Shown here: piece after piece, positions 46,188-55,965 of the stretch
Layout: each line of letters begins with the position of its first letter
How positions within the stretch are numbered: the stretch's first letter is position 1
Assembly: GCA_049663345.1 (NCBI GenBank)
Contig: JBATDG010000087.1
Coordinates: 33,695 to 97,694 of the forward strand
Source: Bacteroidota bacterium
GTDB lineage: Bacteria > Bacteroidota > Ignavibacteria > SZUA-365
Reading direction: 5' to 3'
Length of the DNA: 64,000 bases
Translations under genes and position numbers: made by a program
The notes under the pieces: model-generated
Told to the model about the DNA's origin: nothing
The model's input: only the letters and a program-made list of their open reading frames with translations
Database searches by the model: none

Positions 46188-47516
46188 TCAGGCGACTCCG
46201 GTTTTTGTCGTTATCGTCTCGAGTCCGTGTCCGTTGGGTCCAAGTTCGCGGCGGCGCAGCCTCCAGGCAACGAGGAACCCGATAAAGCCGAGGATGCTGA
46301 AAATCCACATACCCAGCGTATAGCCGTCGGGATTAGCGGCGCTGGCTCCGGAATAATCGTTCGCCCAACCGATGGCAATATTGAAACCGGCGAGTCCGAT
46401 ATTCTGGATCATCGTCATCAGGCCATACGCAGTTCCCAGCCGTGAACCGTCCACCAGATACGTTACGGAAGGCCACATAACGGCGGGAACCAGCGAGAAG
46501 GCAATTCCCATCATCGCCATGGGGATATAGAGGGAGATATCGAGGTAGGCCATCATGAGATAGACCGGAATGATGAGCACGGAACCGAACATCATCATTA
46601 ATGAGCGCTTGCCGACTTTGTCAGCCAGAAGTCCGAATAACGGAGTAGCAATCATTGCGAACAGCGTCAGCATGCTGGAAAGGAAGCCGCCTGTCTCACG
46701 CGATACACCATGTGTGTGCTGGAAAAACTTGATTGCAAAAGTCTGGAACGGGAACATGGCGGAATAGAAAGTGATGCAGAGTGCGACGACCAACCAGTAG
46801 GAGGTACTGAATTTGAAAATGTCTTTCAGCGCTACCTTGTCGGTATCTCCGGTACTCCCGAGGTTGTAGCGCTTTGTGGCATAATTGTCCTGCGCAAAAT
46901 ACAGCAGCGCTGCAGCGACGCAGATGACGCCCGCACCCACGGAAAGCAGCAGCGGTGATTGCCAATCTGCATACATCGGTTTCGCCCAGGAGGGAGAATT
47001 CAATGCGGCGAAAGATCCAAGTCTGGCAATGGTGAGATTCAATCCAAAAGCAAAACTGAGCTCCTTGCCTTTAAACCAACGAGCAAGCGAAGTCGTCACG
47101 GCGACAATCAGAGATTCAGCTCCCAATCCGAAAATCAGTCGACCAGCAGCCATCATCGTCAGCTCTCCCGAGGAAGCGGTCACTGCCGCGCCGACGAAAC
47201 AGAGCACGGCGAATATGAGAATCGATTTTTTCGTGCCGATTCTGTCAATGATGATGCCGCCGATCAGTACCATGAGAATATTCGGAATACTGTAAATGGC
47301 ATTCAGCATGCCGATGTTTGAATCGGAGAAGCCGAGCTGCGTCGAGAGGACATCAGCGAGCGGGCTGATGCTGTCGTAGATATAGTAATTGCCGAACATC
47401 GCCAGACTGATCACCACCAGCACCATCCAACGGAACGCAGGAGGAGGTGCAGGCAGCGTTGACGAACTGTTTGCAGGAATTTGGCTCATCGTTGTGTTTC
47501 TCCTTGTTGCGGTCAA
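46188..47516 (-). CDS. MFS transporter
   Basis: 12 TM helices and MFS-type loop motifs. Confidence 0.7.
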   Translation of the reverse strand: MTATRRNTTMSQIPANSSSTLPAPPPAFRWMVLVVISLAMFGNYYIYDSISPLADVLSTQLGFSDSNIGMLNAIYSIPNILMVLIGGIIIDRIGTKKSILIFAVLCFVGAAVTASSGELTMMAAGRLIFGLGAESLIVAVTTSLARWFKGKELSFAFGLNLTIARLGSFAALNSPSWAKPMYADWQSPLLLSVGAGVICVAAALLYFAQDNYATKRYNLGSTGDTDKVALKDIFKFSTSYWLVVALCITFYSAMFPFQTFAIKFFQHTHGVSRETGGFLSSMLTLFAMIATPLFGLLADKVGKRSLMMMFGSVLIIPVYLMMAYLDISLYIPMAMMGIAFSLVPAVMWPSVTYLVDGSRLGTAYGLMTMIQNIGLAGFNIAIGWANDYSGASAANPDGYTLGMWIFSILGFIGFLVAWRLRRRELGPNGHGLETITTKTGVA

Positions 47517-47612
47517 TAGACGTACGCTACTATTGCGGCTGCGTACATTTCATATCAGTCCGGGGAATGGATTCCTGCGCACAAGCGCGCAAGATGGGCG
47601 TCAATGGAGTGG

Positions 47613-49373
47613 TCAGGAACAGCGCCGGACGATCAGCATCGTGATGTCATCCGACTGATTCGCACCCACTGTAAATGCTACGATTTCATCGCGAATATAC
47701 TTGAGGAGAGCATCTGCCGAGAGATCTCTCTGATCGGTAAGGAGCTGCTGCAGACGTTCATCACTGAATTCCTCCATCTCCTCCGACATGGCCTCATTTA
47801 CACCGTCGGTGTAGCAGACAATCATATCATCCGGCGCCAGCTGCACAGTCTCGAGACTGTAGGGGGGCGTATCCTTCATAATGCCGAGTATCAGACCTCC
47901 GGCATCAAGTGCGCGCATACTGCCGTCGGCATGCAGCAAGTAGGGAGGGTTGTGTCCGGCGTTTACATACGAAAATGTGTTATCCTGTGTGTTCAGGATT
48001 CCCCAGAAAAAGGTGATGAACTTGTCGGCGGAAGTATTGCCATGAATGATGGTGTTGATTCGGGCCGTGGCATCGGGCATGGGAAGACGGAGGGGAGCGA
48101 TGGTCCGCAAGGCGGCCTGCACGTTTGCCATAAGCAATGAAGCCGGCACTCCCTTCCCTGCAACATCTCCAATGGCGAGCACAAACTCGTGGTCGGAAAG
48201 TGAAATCACGTCGTAGTAATCGCCGCCCACCTGCTGCGACGAATCGTTTATCGCAGCGATCTCGTAGCCATTCAGCGATGGAATTGATTTCGGAAGAAGA
48301 CCCTTTTGTATTGTTTTCGCGACGCTCAGTTCCTGTTCCATCCGCTGCTTATCGATAGTCTCAATTACCAGTCGCGCATTCTCGAGTGCGGAAATAGTAA
48401 TGTTGGCAAGCGCGTGGAGGTATTCGAGCTCCGTGCGATCGAAGTTTGCTCCGCCGACTCGCTGACCCAGGCAGAGCATGCCGCGCACACGATGCTGCGA
48501 CATCATAGGGATCAATGTCGTGATGCCCATATCGAAAAGCCACTGTTCGTGCGGGTGCTCCGGTTGGCGCTGCGCGGAAAAAAGCACGGTCTCGTGCAGA
48601 TTTTCAAGCGCTTGCTGATGTCCTGCATCTGCTTCGAATTCGGGAAGCTTCACCGCTACAGGCTGCAAATTGCTTCCGTCATGCGTGAACACGGCATAAC
48701 GGAGAACGCGCAGCTGTCCCATAAGCGCATAGCTCAGAATTCGAAGAATGTCATCGGGTGCGAACGTCGTATTCATTTCCCGGCTGATCTCAAATAGGGT
48801 GTTCATCTCCTGAATCTTGGTATCAAGCCGTCGATTTACCTGGCGGAGATTTTCAATGGCCAACGCGTTCTTCACTGCCGTGGCTGCTACGGCGGCAACC
48901 GATTCCAGAAATGTCAGATCCGCCGTCTCGAAGGGCTTGCCGGTGATCTTTCGTCCCAGACCGATTATGCCGACCATGTGATCCTTAAGCAGCATCGGAA
49001 CAATTATTTCCAGGCCGCATTCGAGGGAACACGCCCCAAATTGCTTCAGCGACGGATCCTCGGTTTCGTTGAGGGAGGCGACAGAAATGACATGATCCCA
49101 ACCAATGGGAATGGTGAAATCGGAATCAATATTCTCAAGGGAAAACCCCTTTACCGAGCGGACCCGATAAGTTTGATCGCCCCTTTCCAGAAGTACAACT
49201 CCCCGCGTAACCATCAACTTTCCCATCGAGGAAAGCAGAATATTTCCCAGAATGAAATCGAAGTCCGTAGAGGCATTCAGCACGTTGCTTAGCTCCAACA
49301 GCGCGGCGCTGTCGGAAATGATGTCATACGCGGAATGAGAATAATCTGCCGGCATTTCTGAGAATAAGTTCAA
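47613..49373 (-). CDS. GAF-domain PP2C (SpoIIE/RsbU-type) serine phosphatase
   Basis: GDVAGKGVPASLLMA and YTDGVNEA PP2C motifs, with GAF-like domains N-terminal. Confidence 0.8.
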   Translation of the reverse strand: MNLFSEMPADYSHSAYDIISDSAALLELSNVLNASTDFDFILGNILLSSMGKLMVTRGVVLLERGDQTYRVRSVKGFSLENIDSDFTIPIGWDHVISVASLNETEDPSLKQFGACSLECGLEIIVPMLLKDHMVGIIGLGRKITGKPFETADLTFLESVAAVAATAVKNALAIENLRQVNRRLDTKIQEMNTLFEISREMNTTFAPDDILRILSYALMGQLRVLRYAVFTHDGSNLQPVAVKLPEFEADAGHQQALENLHETVLFSAQRQPEHPHEQWLFDMGITTLIPMMSQHRVRGMLCLGQRVGGANFDRTELEYLHALANITISALENARLVIETIDKQRMEQELSVAKTIQKGLLPKSIPSLNGYEIAAINDSSQQVGGDYYDVISLSDHEFVLAIGDVAGKGVPASLLMANVQAALRTIAPLRLPMPDATARINTIIHGNTSADKFITFFWGILNTQDNTFSYVNAGHNPPYLLHADGSMRALDAGGLILGIMKDTPPYSLETVQLAPDDMIVCYTDGVNEAMSEEMEEFSDERLQQLLTDQRDLSADALLKYIRDEIVAFTVGANQSDDITMLIVRRCS

Positions 49374-49443
49374 ATTGATTGACGTGAATCGTAAAATATA
49401 CGCATTCGTCAGGTGGGGAGAAAGGTTGTGTTTTATTGCACAC

Positions 49444-49660
49444 GGAGGAGGTGGAAAGGTTAAAAGGTTAAAAAGTTAAAAGGTTAAAAAGTTAAAAGGT
49501 TAAAAGGTTAAAAGGTCAAAGGGTGAAGAGGGAAATAAGGGGAATGAGGGAAATAAGGGAAATGAGGGAAATAAGGGGAATGAGGGGAAGAGGGGGAAGA
49601 TGGGGAAGAGGAGGAAGAGGAGGGAGAGGAGAAGAGGGGAAGGGGAGGTAAAAGGATAGT
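49444..49660. repeat. A ~215-bp homopurine tract with essentially no cytosine (pyrimidine-rich on the coding strand) inside the partner-switching operon. It is built from nested microsatellites
   Basis: One C in about 215 nt on the + strand. Three sub-arrays: GGTTAAAA(A) x ~8, GGGAAATAAGGGGAATGAG x 3 and GGAAGAGG-like x ~8. Flanked by the RsbW-like gene end (49660) and the PP2C gene start (49373). Confidence 0.9.
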
Positions 49661-50112
49661 CAGGCCGGAAGGTATTTGATCATGCGAATGGTGTTGCGGT
49701 CGCTGACGGAGGGGCCGTATTCGACTTCGTCCATGAGTTTTTTCATCAACACGATGCCGAGGCCGCCGTGGCGGAGTTTCTTGAAGTACTCAGTCATGTC
49801 GGGGGCAGTGTATTTGCTGCTATCAAAGGAGACTCCGCTGTCCAGAATCTCGACAATGAATTTCCTGGTTTTCTCGCTTCCCTGCTGAACACTAAGGCGG
49901 ATTTCGATGATGCCGTCGGGATTATATCGGTAGGCGTGCTTGATAATGTTGGTGCAGGCTTCGTCGATTGCGAGTTCGATTTTCCCAACATCACCTTCGC
50001 CGAACCCAAATTGCCGCGCTGCGTCTGAAACGAAGGTCCTCATGTCAGCCAGAAGTTCGGTTTTACTCTGGATCTGCAGGGTCTGGATGGTATGTTTATT
50101 CTGACTTGTCAA
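49660..50112 (-). CDS. Anti-sigma regulatory factor (RsbW/SpoIIAB-like serine kinase, HATPase_c)
   Basis: ELAIDEACTNIIKHAY and GGLGIVLMKKLMDEV motifs. Confidence 0.8.
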   Translation of the reverse strand: MTSQNKHTIQTLQIQSKTELLADMRTFVSDAARQFGFGEGDVGKIELAIDEACTNIIKHAYRYNPDGIIEIRLSVQQGSEKTRKFIVEILDSGVSFDSSKYTAPDMTEYFKKLRHGGLGIVLMKKLMDEVEYGPSVSDRNTIRMIKYLPA

Positions 50113-50152
50113 GGGTGATTGCAGTATCGGTACTGAAATACCTACGGCTTGT

Positions 50153-50518
50153 TTACGAAGGATTTTCGGATTTGTTCAGGAATTTGTTCACTGCTTCCGC
50201 TTCATCCTTGAAAATCTCGTACAGCATCGGGAAACCGAGCAAATCAAAGACGTTGTACACCCTGGTGGACATGTTGCTTAATTTGATGTCCCCCTCATTA
50301 TTACGGACATCCTCAATGAATTGCATCAGTACTCCAAGTCCTGCACTGCTGATGTAGGAGAGGTCGCTGAAGTTGACAACAATATTATACCTGGCCTCGC
50401 TCAGATGCTTCTGAAAGGCTCTTTCCAGTTCAGGCGCTGTATGGGCATCTAAATAGCCCTTCAACTCAAGAATGGAAACGGTATCCTGTTGTCGGATACC
50501 TACCGAAAATTCACTCAT
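50153..50518 (-). CDS. STAS-domain anti-sigma-factor antagonist (RsbV/SpoIIAA-like)
   Basis: The phosphorylatable-serine motif DLSYISSAGLGVL. 121 aa. Confidence 0.8.
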   Translation of the reverse strand: MSEFSVGIRQQDTVSILELKGYLDAHTAPELERAFQKHLSEARYNIVVNFSDLSYISSAGLGVLMQFIEDVRNNEGDIKLSNMSTRVYNVFDLLGFPMLYEIFKDEAEAVNKFLNKSENPS

Positions 50519-50577
50519 ACCTGACTCCTCAGTTCCGGATTACTTCGCAGTTCAAATTAATCGATTCTTGGTGACAA

Positions 50578-52701
50578 TCAAACTACTCCATTCCAGCGCA
50601 GTACCAGAACGGTGATGTCATCTTCCGCTTCTGCACGTTCACTGTAGATTTTTACGTTGTGCAGAATGGCATTCAGAATATTCTCCGACGGTTCCGCTAC
50701 AGCACTGGCCACTGTTTCACCAAGGCGCGAGTATTGGAATTCTTCGTCCTGCGGGTTCCTCGCTTCGGTAACGCCATCGGTGTACATCACAATTATGTCG
50801 TCCGCTTCAAGCACCAGCGACTCCTCACGCAGTGAATTCGCAAATCGCTCGGTTCCGTCCAGCCCAAGCGCCATGCCTTCCGGCTGAAGGAAGTTGCTCA
50901 CGCCCCGGCGCACATGCAGCAGCGGACAATGCCCGGCGCGTGAAAAAGATAAGGTACCTGTCTCAATATTCAGCACGGCATAGAGCAGGCTGATGAAGGA
51001 TTTTCGCTCCATGCTGTGGCATAGCGGCGTGTTCATGCGGATCAGGATGTCGCGGGTAGAAGCGCCATTCCCGCTCAGCGATTGGAAAATTCCCTTCACC
51101 TGTGCCATGTACAACGCGGCTGACACGCCTTTGCCGGATACGTCGCCGACTACGAATCCGATATGAGCGGCATCGAGCGGCAGCACGTCATAATAGTCAC
51201 CGCCCACCTCGTAAGCAGGAATGGATCGCGCGGCGATTTCAAAAAATGGAGAGGCGGGGAGTACCTGCGGCAGCAGGCTGCGCTGCATCTGCTGGGCAAC
51301 AAGCAGTTCCTGCTCCATGCGTTCTTTAACGATGGACTCCCTGATGAGCGTGCTGTTTTCGATTGCGACTGACACCATATCAGCGAACGCCGCGAGGACA
51401 TTGACAACATCCTTATCGAAGGCGTATGATTCACGCTTCGTCACAGACAGCAATCCGATAATTTCACCATGACTACTGAGTGGAACCATCACCAGCGTGC
51501 CGATTTCTCCGATGCTGCGCGTCGCATTATCAAGTCGACGGTCTGAAGTGAAATCCTGAATCAGAACCGGCCCGGCAGAGTGGAATGCCAGCTGCTGCAG
51601 TGCCTGACCGTCCATGGTCCGCATATTCTCGATACGGCTAATGCTGATATTCTTCACCGAATTCTGCACAATTGCGATATCTTCGGGATTGCGGTCTCCG
51701 CGCTTCGTTTTTCCGTTATCGGGAATCAGCTCCAGCCAGGCGGCATGCCCTTCGCTTACTTCCAGGGCGAGATGCGTCGTTGTTGCGATGAGTTCATCGA
51801 AATCAAATACCTGGGTGATCAGCCGGCTCATATTCTGCAGCGTCGAGATCTCCATTTTTTTTCGGTCGAATTCCTTCGCCGTCGGCAGATGCAGGAGAGT
51901 ACTGGCGAAGCCGATGCCCATGTAGGCAGTGCCGAAATGGAAGGCGAGTGTCATGAAGGCGTATAGCATCGGGTGATATGCCCGCAGTGCATTCTGGAGA
52001 ACCTCCCCTCCGCTCGCATGGATGGAGAGGATGAAGAAAAACGCAAAACCGAAAAGTGAGAGCAGTAGATTCACCATTTTCTCTCGCCGGGTGAGAACCA
52101 GGATCCATGAGAAATGGAATGCGTTGACGAGGATTCCGACGAAAGTAAGTCCGTATGCAATGGCGGTGAAGACTTCAAGCGATTTTAACCCAAAACCGTT
52201 CGGACCCGTGAGGTATTCGAGCAGAATGAAGCAGCCACCCGTCCCCACGAAAAAGATGTAGTTGCGGCGGGTGTTTTTTCTCCGCTTAATGAAAACAAGG
52301 CGGGAGAGGGAAGTGAAGACCACGATGGCACTGATCCCGCCCAGCGCTGCGATGAGGATAGTCGTTACGAGCGTAGAGAAGGATGCCGCAGCGATGAGCC
52401 CGCCCTTGTCCACATATCTGGTAGTGACCGAGAGTTGAATGATTCCGATGAGAAGCAGGTAGATGGTCGAAAAAATGACCGTGCGCCCGATAAGCTGTAT
52501 CGGCGGCTGATCGTTGTCCATCGTGCTGCGGAAATAGTAAAGTCCGCCGCCTCCGAATGCGATGAGGACAAGGAGGGTATGAAACAAATCGCCCTCAAGT
52601 GCTCCGGATGTCGTCAATGCACGTTGAATGAACACGTACACGAAGTCCAGCACGAGTGCAGCGACAGCGGCTATGAGAAGTATTCGTTTGCGAAGATTCA
52701 T
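50578..52701 (-). CDS. Membrane-anchored sensor with a GAF domain and a PP2C (SpoIIE-type) phosphatase domain
   Basis: About 8 N-terminal TM helices. PP2C motifs VGDVSGKGVSAALYMA and YTDGVTEA. The start was set at MNLRKRILLIAAV (M35). Confidence 0.75.
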   Translation of the reverse strand: MNLRKRILLIAAVAALVLDFVYVFIQRALTTSGALEGDLFHTLLVLIAFGGGGLYYFRSTMDNDQPPIQLIGRTVIFSTIYLLLIGIIQLSVTTRYVDKGGLIAAASFSTLVTTILIAALGGISAIVVFTSLSRLVFIKRRKNTRRNYIFFVGTGGCFILLEYLTGPNGFGLKSLEVFTAIAYGLTFVGILVNAFHFSWILVLTRREKMVNLLLSLFGFAFFFILSIHASGGEVLQNALRAYHPMLYAFMTLAFHFGTAYMGIGFASTLLHLPTAKEFDRKKMEISTLQNMSRLITQVFDFDELIATTTHLALEVSEGHAAWLELIPDNGKTKRGDRNPEDIAIVQNSVKNISISRIENMRTMDGQALQQLAFHSAGPVLIQDFTSDRRLDNATRSIGEIGTLVMVPLSSHGEIIGLLSVTKRESYAFDKDVVNVLAAFADMVSVAIENSTLIRESIVKERMEQELLVAQQMQRSLLPQVLPASPFFEIAARSIPAYEVGGDYYDVLPLDAAHIGFVVGDVSGKGVSAALYMAQVKGIFQSLSGNGASTRDILIRMNTPLCHSMERKSFISLLYAVLNIETGTLSFSRAGHCPLLHVRRGVSNFLQPEGMALGLDGTERFANSLREESLVLEADDIIVMYTDGVTEARNPQDEEFQYSRLGETVASAVAEPSENILNAILHNVKIYSERAEAEDDITVLVLRWNGVV

Positions 52702-52845
52702 AGTTAATGGATTACCGGGAACCTGGCACAAGCCGGCAACAGGCACATTATCCGATATACGGGATGAATAGGCGCGGGTTGCACCGATAATATAGACAAT
52801 CACCGGCTGTTTACGAAGGAGGGAGTTGCCTGCGCAACCGGATGT

Positions 52846-53922
52846 TTGCTATTTTACCTGATTAGAAAAAACGGGCTTCCAGTGACAAGCGCTCTTCTCG
52901 AAGTCGAAAATCTCAAGAAATGGTTCCCGGTCCGCACCGGGCTGCTGCGGGGCACGCGCCATCTTGTTCGTGCCGTCGACGGAGTCAGTTTCAAAATCAA
53001 CAAGGGCGAGGTGCTCGGTCTTGTTGGCGAGTCCGGATGCGGCAAAAGTACGCTCGGACGCGTACTGCTTCAGCTCCTCCCCCCGACTGATGGCCGGGTC
53101 TATTTTCAGCAGCAGGATATCACGCGCATCAGCAAACAGGAAATGCGGATACTGCGAAAGAAAATGCAGATCGTGTTTCAGGATCCGTATTCATCGCTGA
53201 ACCCACGCATGACGGTAGGTTCCGCGCTTCATGAAGTACTGCATGTGCATAAACTGCTGCCTCCCGCGGAGGAGGCAGAGAGGATCAGCAGCTTGCTGAA
53301 CATGGTGGGGCTCAATGATTTCCACGCCCGACGTTATCCGCATGAATTCAGCAGCGGGCAGAGGCAGCGCATCGGCATTGCAAGAGCATTGGCGGTGGAG
53401 CCGTTGTTCTTGGTCTGCGATGAGCCGGTATCTGCACTCGATGTCTCCATTCAGGCGCAGATTCTGAATCTTCTCGCGGATATTCGCGAAGCGCTGGACC
53501 TGACCTATCTATTCATTTCGCATGACCTCTCGGTTGTACGCCATATTTCCGATCGGATCGCGGTCATGTATCTGGGACGATTGGTAGAGCTCGGTCCGGT
53601 TGAGGATGTGGTCGCTTCGCCTATGCATCCGTACTCAAAAGCGCTGATGGCTTCTGCTCCGGTTGCCGACCCGGATTTTGTGCGCAACAGACCGCCTTTG
53701 AACTCCGATGTCCCCAGCCCGGTGAATATTCCCGATGGCTGCGCTTTCCACACGAGATGCTCTGAGGCATTCGCAGATTGCCGGCATGTGATTCCGCGCA
53801 TGGCTTCTGACGCCAACGGCCATCAGGTAAGTTGCCTGAAATATGACGCGTCATGGCCGCCCGAGACTTCACGGCCGATTTCTCACAGATCCTTCCCATA
53901 TACAGAGAGTGGAGATGAGTGA
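52846..53922 (+). CDS. ABC transporter ATP-binding protein, oligopeptide/dipeptide (OppF/DppF) type
   Basis: Walker A GESGCGKST, signature LSGGQRQRIGIARAL and a C-terminal extension typical of Opp/Dpp ATPases. The start is uncertain. Confidence 0.8.
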   Translation: MLFYLIRKNGLPVTSALLEVENLKKWFPVRTGLLRGTRHLVRAVDGVSFKINKGEVLGLVGESGCGKSTLGRVLLQLLPPTDGRVYFQQQDITRISKQEMRILRKKMQIVFQDPYSSLNPRMTVGSALHEVLHVHKLLPPAEEAERISSLLNMVGLNDFHARRYPHEFSSGQRQRIGIARALAVEPLFLVCDEPVSALDVSIQAQILNLLADIREALDLTYLFISHDLSVVRHISDRIAVMYLGRLVELGPVEDVVASPMHPYSKALMASAPVADPDFVRNRPPLNSDVPSPVNIPDGCAFHTRCSEAFADCRHVIPRMASDANGHQVSCLKYDASWPPETSRPISHRSFPYTESGDE

Positions 53923-55162
53923 ATTGTTTGATACGATGACCGAGGCGATTCCTACCCTCCGGCCGGATCTGGAACTCCTTCCGATCAGGGAAGACGGCGA
54001 AGATCTGCTCCTGCTCCGGGATCCTTCCGGATATTCGGATGAGATGCTCGTGTTCAGGCCCGCAGCGATGGCGCTGCTGCAGCTGTTCGACGGCAAGAGG
54101 AGTGTGAACGCACTGCTGGACGAAATTCAGTCAGGCACCGGGGTTCGTATTGACGGCGAACAGATTCTTGGAATCGTTCAATCGCTCGACCGCTTCTATT
54201 TTCTGCACAACCAGCGCAGCAGGGACAAACAGGAGGAGATGGATGCGGTCTGGATTGCACAGGATTATCGTCCCGCGGCGCACGCGGGAAATTCCTACCC
54301 GGATGATCCAGAGGAACTGAAGGATTTTCTGCAGGAGCTCTTTGATGCGGACGGAACCGCCATCGAAAGCGGTGAGCTGCTCGGCATCCTGACGCCGCAC
54401 ATCGATTTGCAGATCGGACCGCAGGTGTACGTTCCGGCATTTCGCCAGCTTTTGGACACCGATGTCGATACGGTGGTGATTCTCGGGACGAGCCATTATT
54501 CGTACGAGGATCTTTTCATCCTCACTGAAAAGGATTTCGCGACCCCGCTCGGTACGCTCCAGACGGACAAGGAGTTTGTGCGAATGCTGCGTGAGGAAAG
54601 CGGGGACCTCTTCACCCATCGGGATGTTGCCCACAAGCAGGAGCATTCCATCGAGTTCCCTGTCGTTTTTCTTCAGCATCTTTATGGAAACGAGCGTGTG
54701 CGTATTGTCCCCATTCTGTGCACATCGTTCGAGGAATTTCTCGTTGAGGGTTCCCGTGCGCTGGCGGATGAAAAATACGCGGCGTTCCTTCGAGCATTCA
54801 AAGCAACAGTCGATAAGTTGGGACGCAAAGTGCGCTTTGTGCTGAGCGTCGACTGGTCGCATGTCGGCAGGAAATTCGGTGACGATTTTGATGCCGCGGA
54901 TGTTCTTGAGACCGTTCGCGAATCCGATCACGCCCAATTCGCGGCACTCGAGGCCTGTGACTATGAGCGATTCTACGACTTGCTGCGTGATTCCAGGAAT
55001 GCATCCAAAATCGATGGCTTCGCCTGCATCACCACATTCTTTGACCTCACGCATCCGCAGCGCGGCGTGCTTCTCGATTATCAGCAATGGCATGAAGAGG
55101 AGCGGGCTTCCGCTGTGACCTTCGCCGGTATGGCTTTCTTTGGAGGCGAGGCGAACCCTTGA
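53915..55162 (+). CDS. Fusion protein: an N-terminal PqqD-like (RRE) domain joined to a Memo/AmmeMemoRadiSam-protein-B-like domain
   Basis: The N-terminal ~110 aa (FRPAAMALLQLFDGKRSVNALLDEIQ...ILGIVQSLDRFYFL) match the PqqD pattern. Memo hallmark: PAAHAGNSYP followed by ILGTSH. GAGAGTGGAG ribosome-binding site before ATG 53915. Confidence 0.6.
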   Translation: MSELFDTMTEAIPTLRPDLELLPIREDGEDLLLLRDPSGYSDEMLVFRPAAMALLQLFDGKRSVNALLDEIQSGTGVRIDGEQILGIVQSLDRFYFLHNQRSRDKQEEMDAVWIAQDYRPAAHAGNSYPDDPEELKDFLQELFDADGTAIESGELLGILTPHIDLQIGPQVYVPAFRQLLDTDVDTVVILGTSHYSYEDLFILTEKDFATPLGTLQTDKEFVRMLREESGDLFTHRDVAHKQEHSIEFPVVFLQHLYGNERVRIVPILCTSFEEFLVEGSRALADEKYAAFLRAFKATVDKLGRKVRFVLSVDWSHVGRKFGDDFDAADVLETVRESDHAQFAALEACDYERFYDLLRDSRNASKIDGFACITTFFDLTHPQRGVLLDYQQWHEEERASAVTFAGMAFFGGEANP

Positions 55163-55965
55163 GCATGCAAATGAATGAATTCATTGACACGCATTGTCAT
55201 TTGTATTGGGACGACTTCCGCCAGGATCTCCCGCAGGTCCTCGCAGCGGCACGGGCCGTCGGAGTAACGCGGATGATAATTCCAGCGACAGATTTTTCTT
55301 CGTTCCACCAGGCCTGCAGCATTGCTGATGCATTCGAGGATATCTTCATCGCTGTGGGCATTCATCCGCATGATGCAGGGAAGGCGCCGCAGGACTTTGC
55401 CGATGAATTGCGTCGGCTTGCCCGGCATCCGAAGGTTGTCGCGATTGGGGAAATCGGACTCGACTATTATTATGATTTCTGTACTCCCGCCGTGCAGCAT
55501 CGTATACTGCATTCGCAGCTGGAAGCCGCCCGTGAACTCGGTCTCCCGGTGATTCTTCATAATCGGGAGTCGGACGACGATCTCGTCGCCATAGTGAAAG
55601 AGCATCAGGATGGCAGCCTTCGCGGTCAGTTCCACTGCTTCAGCTCGGATACGCGCTACGCCCGGCGTGTGCTGGACGCTGGATTCCATATTTCTTTCAC
55701 GGGCAATGTCAGCTTCAAGAAAAGCACGCTCGATCCGGTGCTCTCGTATGTGCCTGATGACCGATTGCTGATTGAAACGGATTCCCCTTTCATGACTCCA
55801 GTGCCGTATCGCGGAAAGCGGAACGAACCCGCTTTTATCCCGCTTATAGCACAGCGCTTCGCGGCGACGCGGCATCAGTCAGTTTCGCATATCTCCCGTA
55901 TTACGACGCGCAATGCGGAGGAGCTTTTTCATCTCGAAAGGAAACACAGTAATGAACGCAGTTGA
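55159..55965 (+). CDS. tatD: TatD-family metal-dependent hydrolase
   Basis: Motifs DTHCHL..., GEIGLD and HNRES. Confidence 0.8.
   Translation: MSMQMNEFIDTHCHLYWDDFRQDLPQVLAAARAVGVTRMIIPATDFSSFHQACSIADAFEDIFIAVGIHPHDAGKAPQDFADELRRLARHPKVVAIGEIGLDYYYDFCTPAVQHRILHSQLEAARELGLPVILHNRESDDDLVAIVKEHQDGSLRGQFHCFSSDTRYARRVLDAGFHISFTGNVSFKKSTLDPVLSYVPDDRLLIETDSPFMTPVPYRGKRNEPAFIPLIAQRFAATRHQSVSHISRITTRNAEELFHLERKHSNERS

Noticed and set aside
49444-49660. Possible CRISPR array, given the regular short repeats
   Set aside because: The units are contiguous microsatellites with no unique spacers. No cas genes are present, and the units are too short and purine-only
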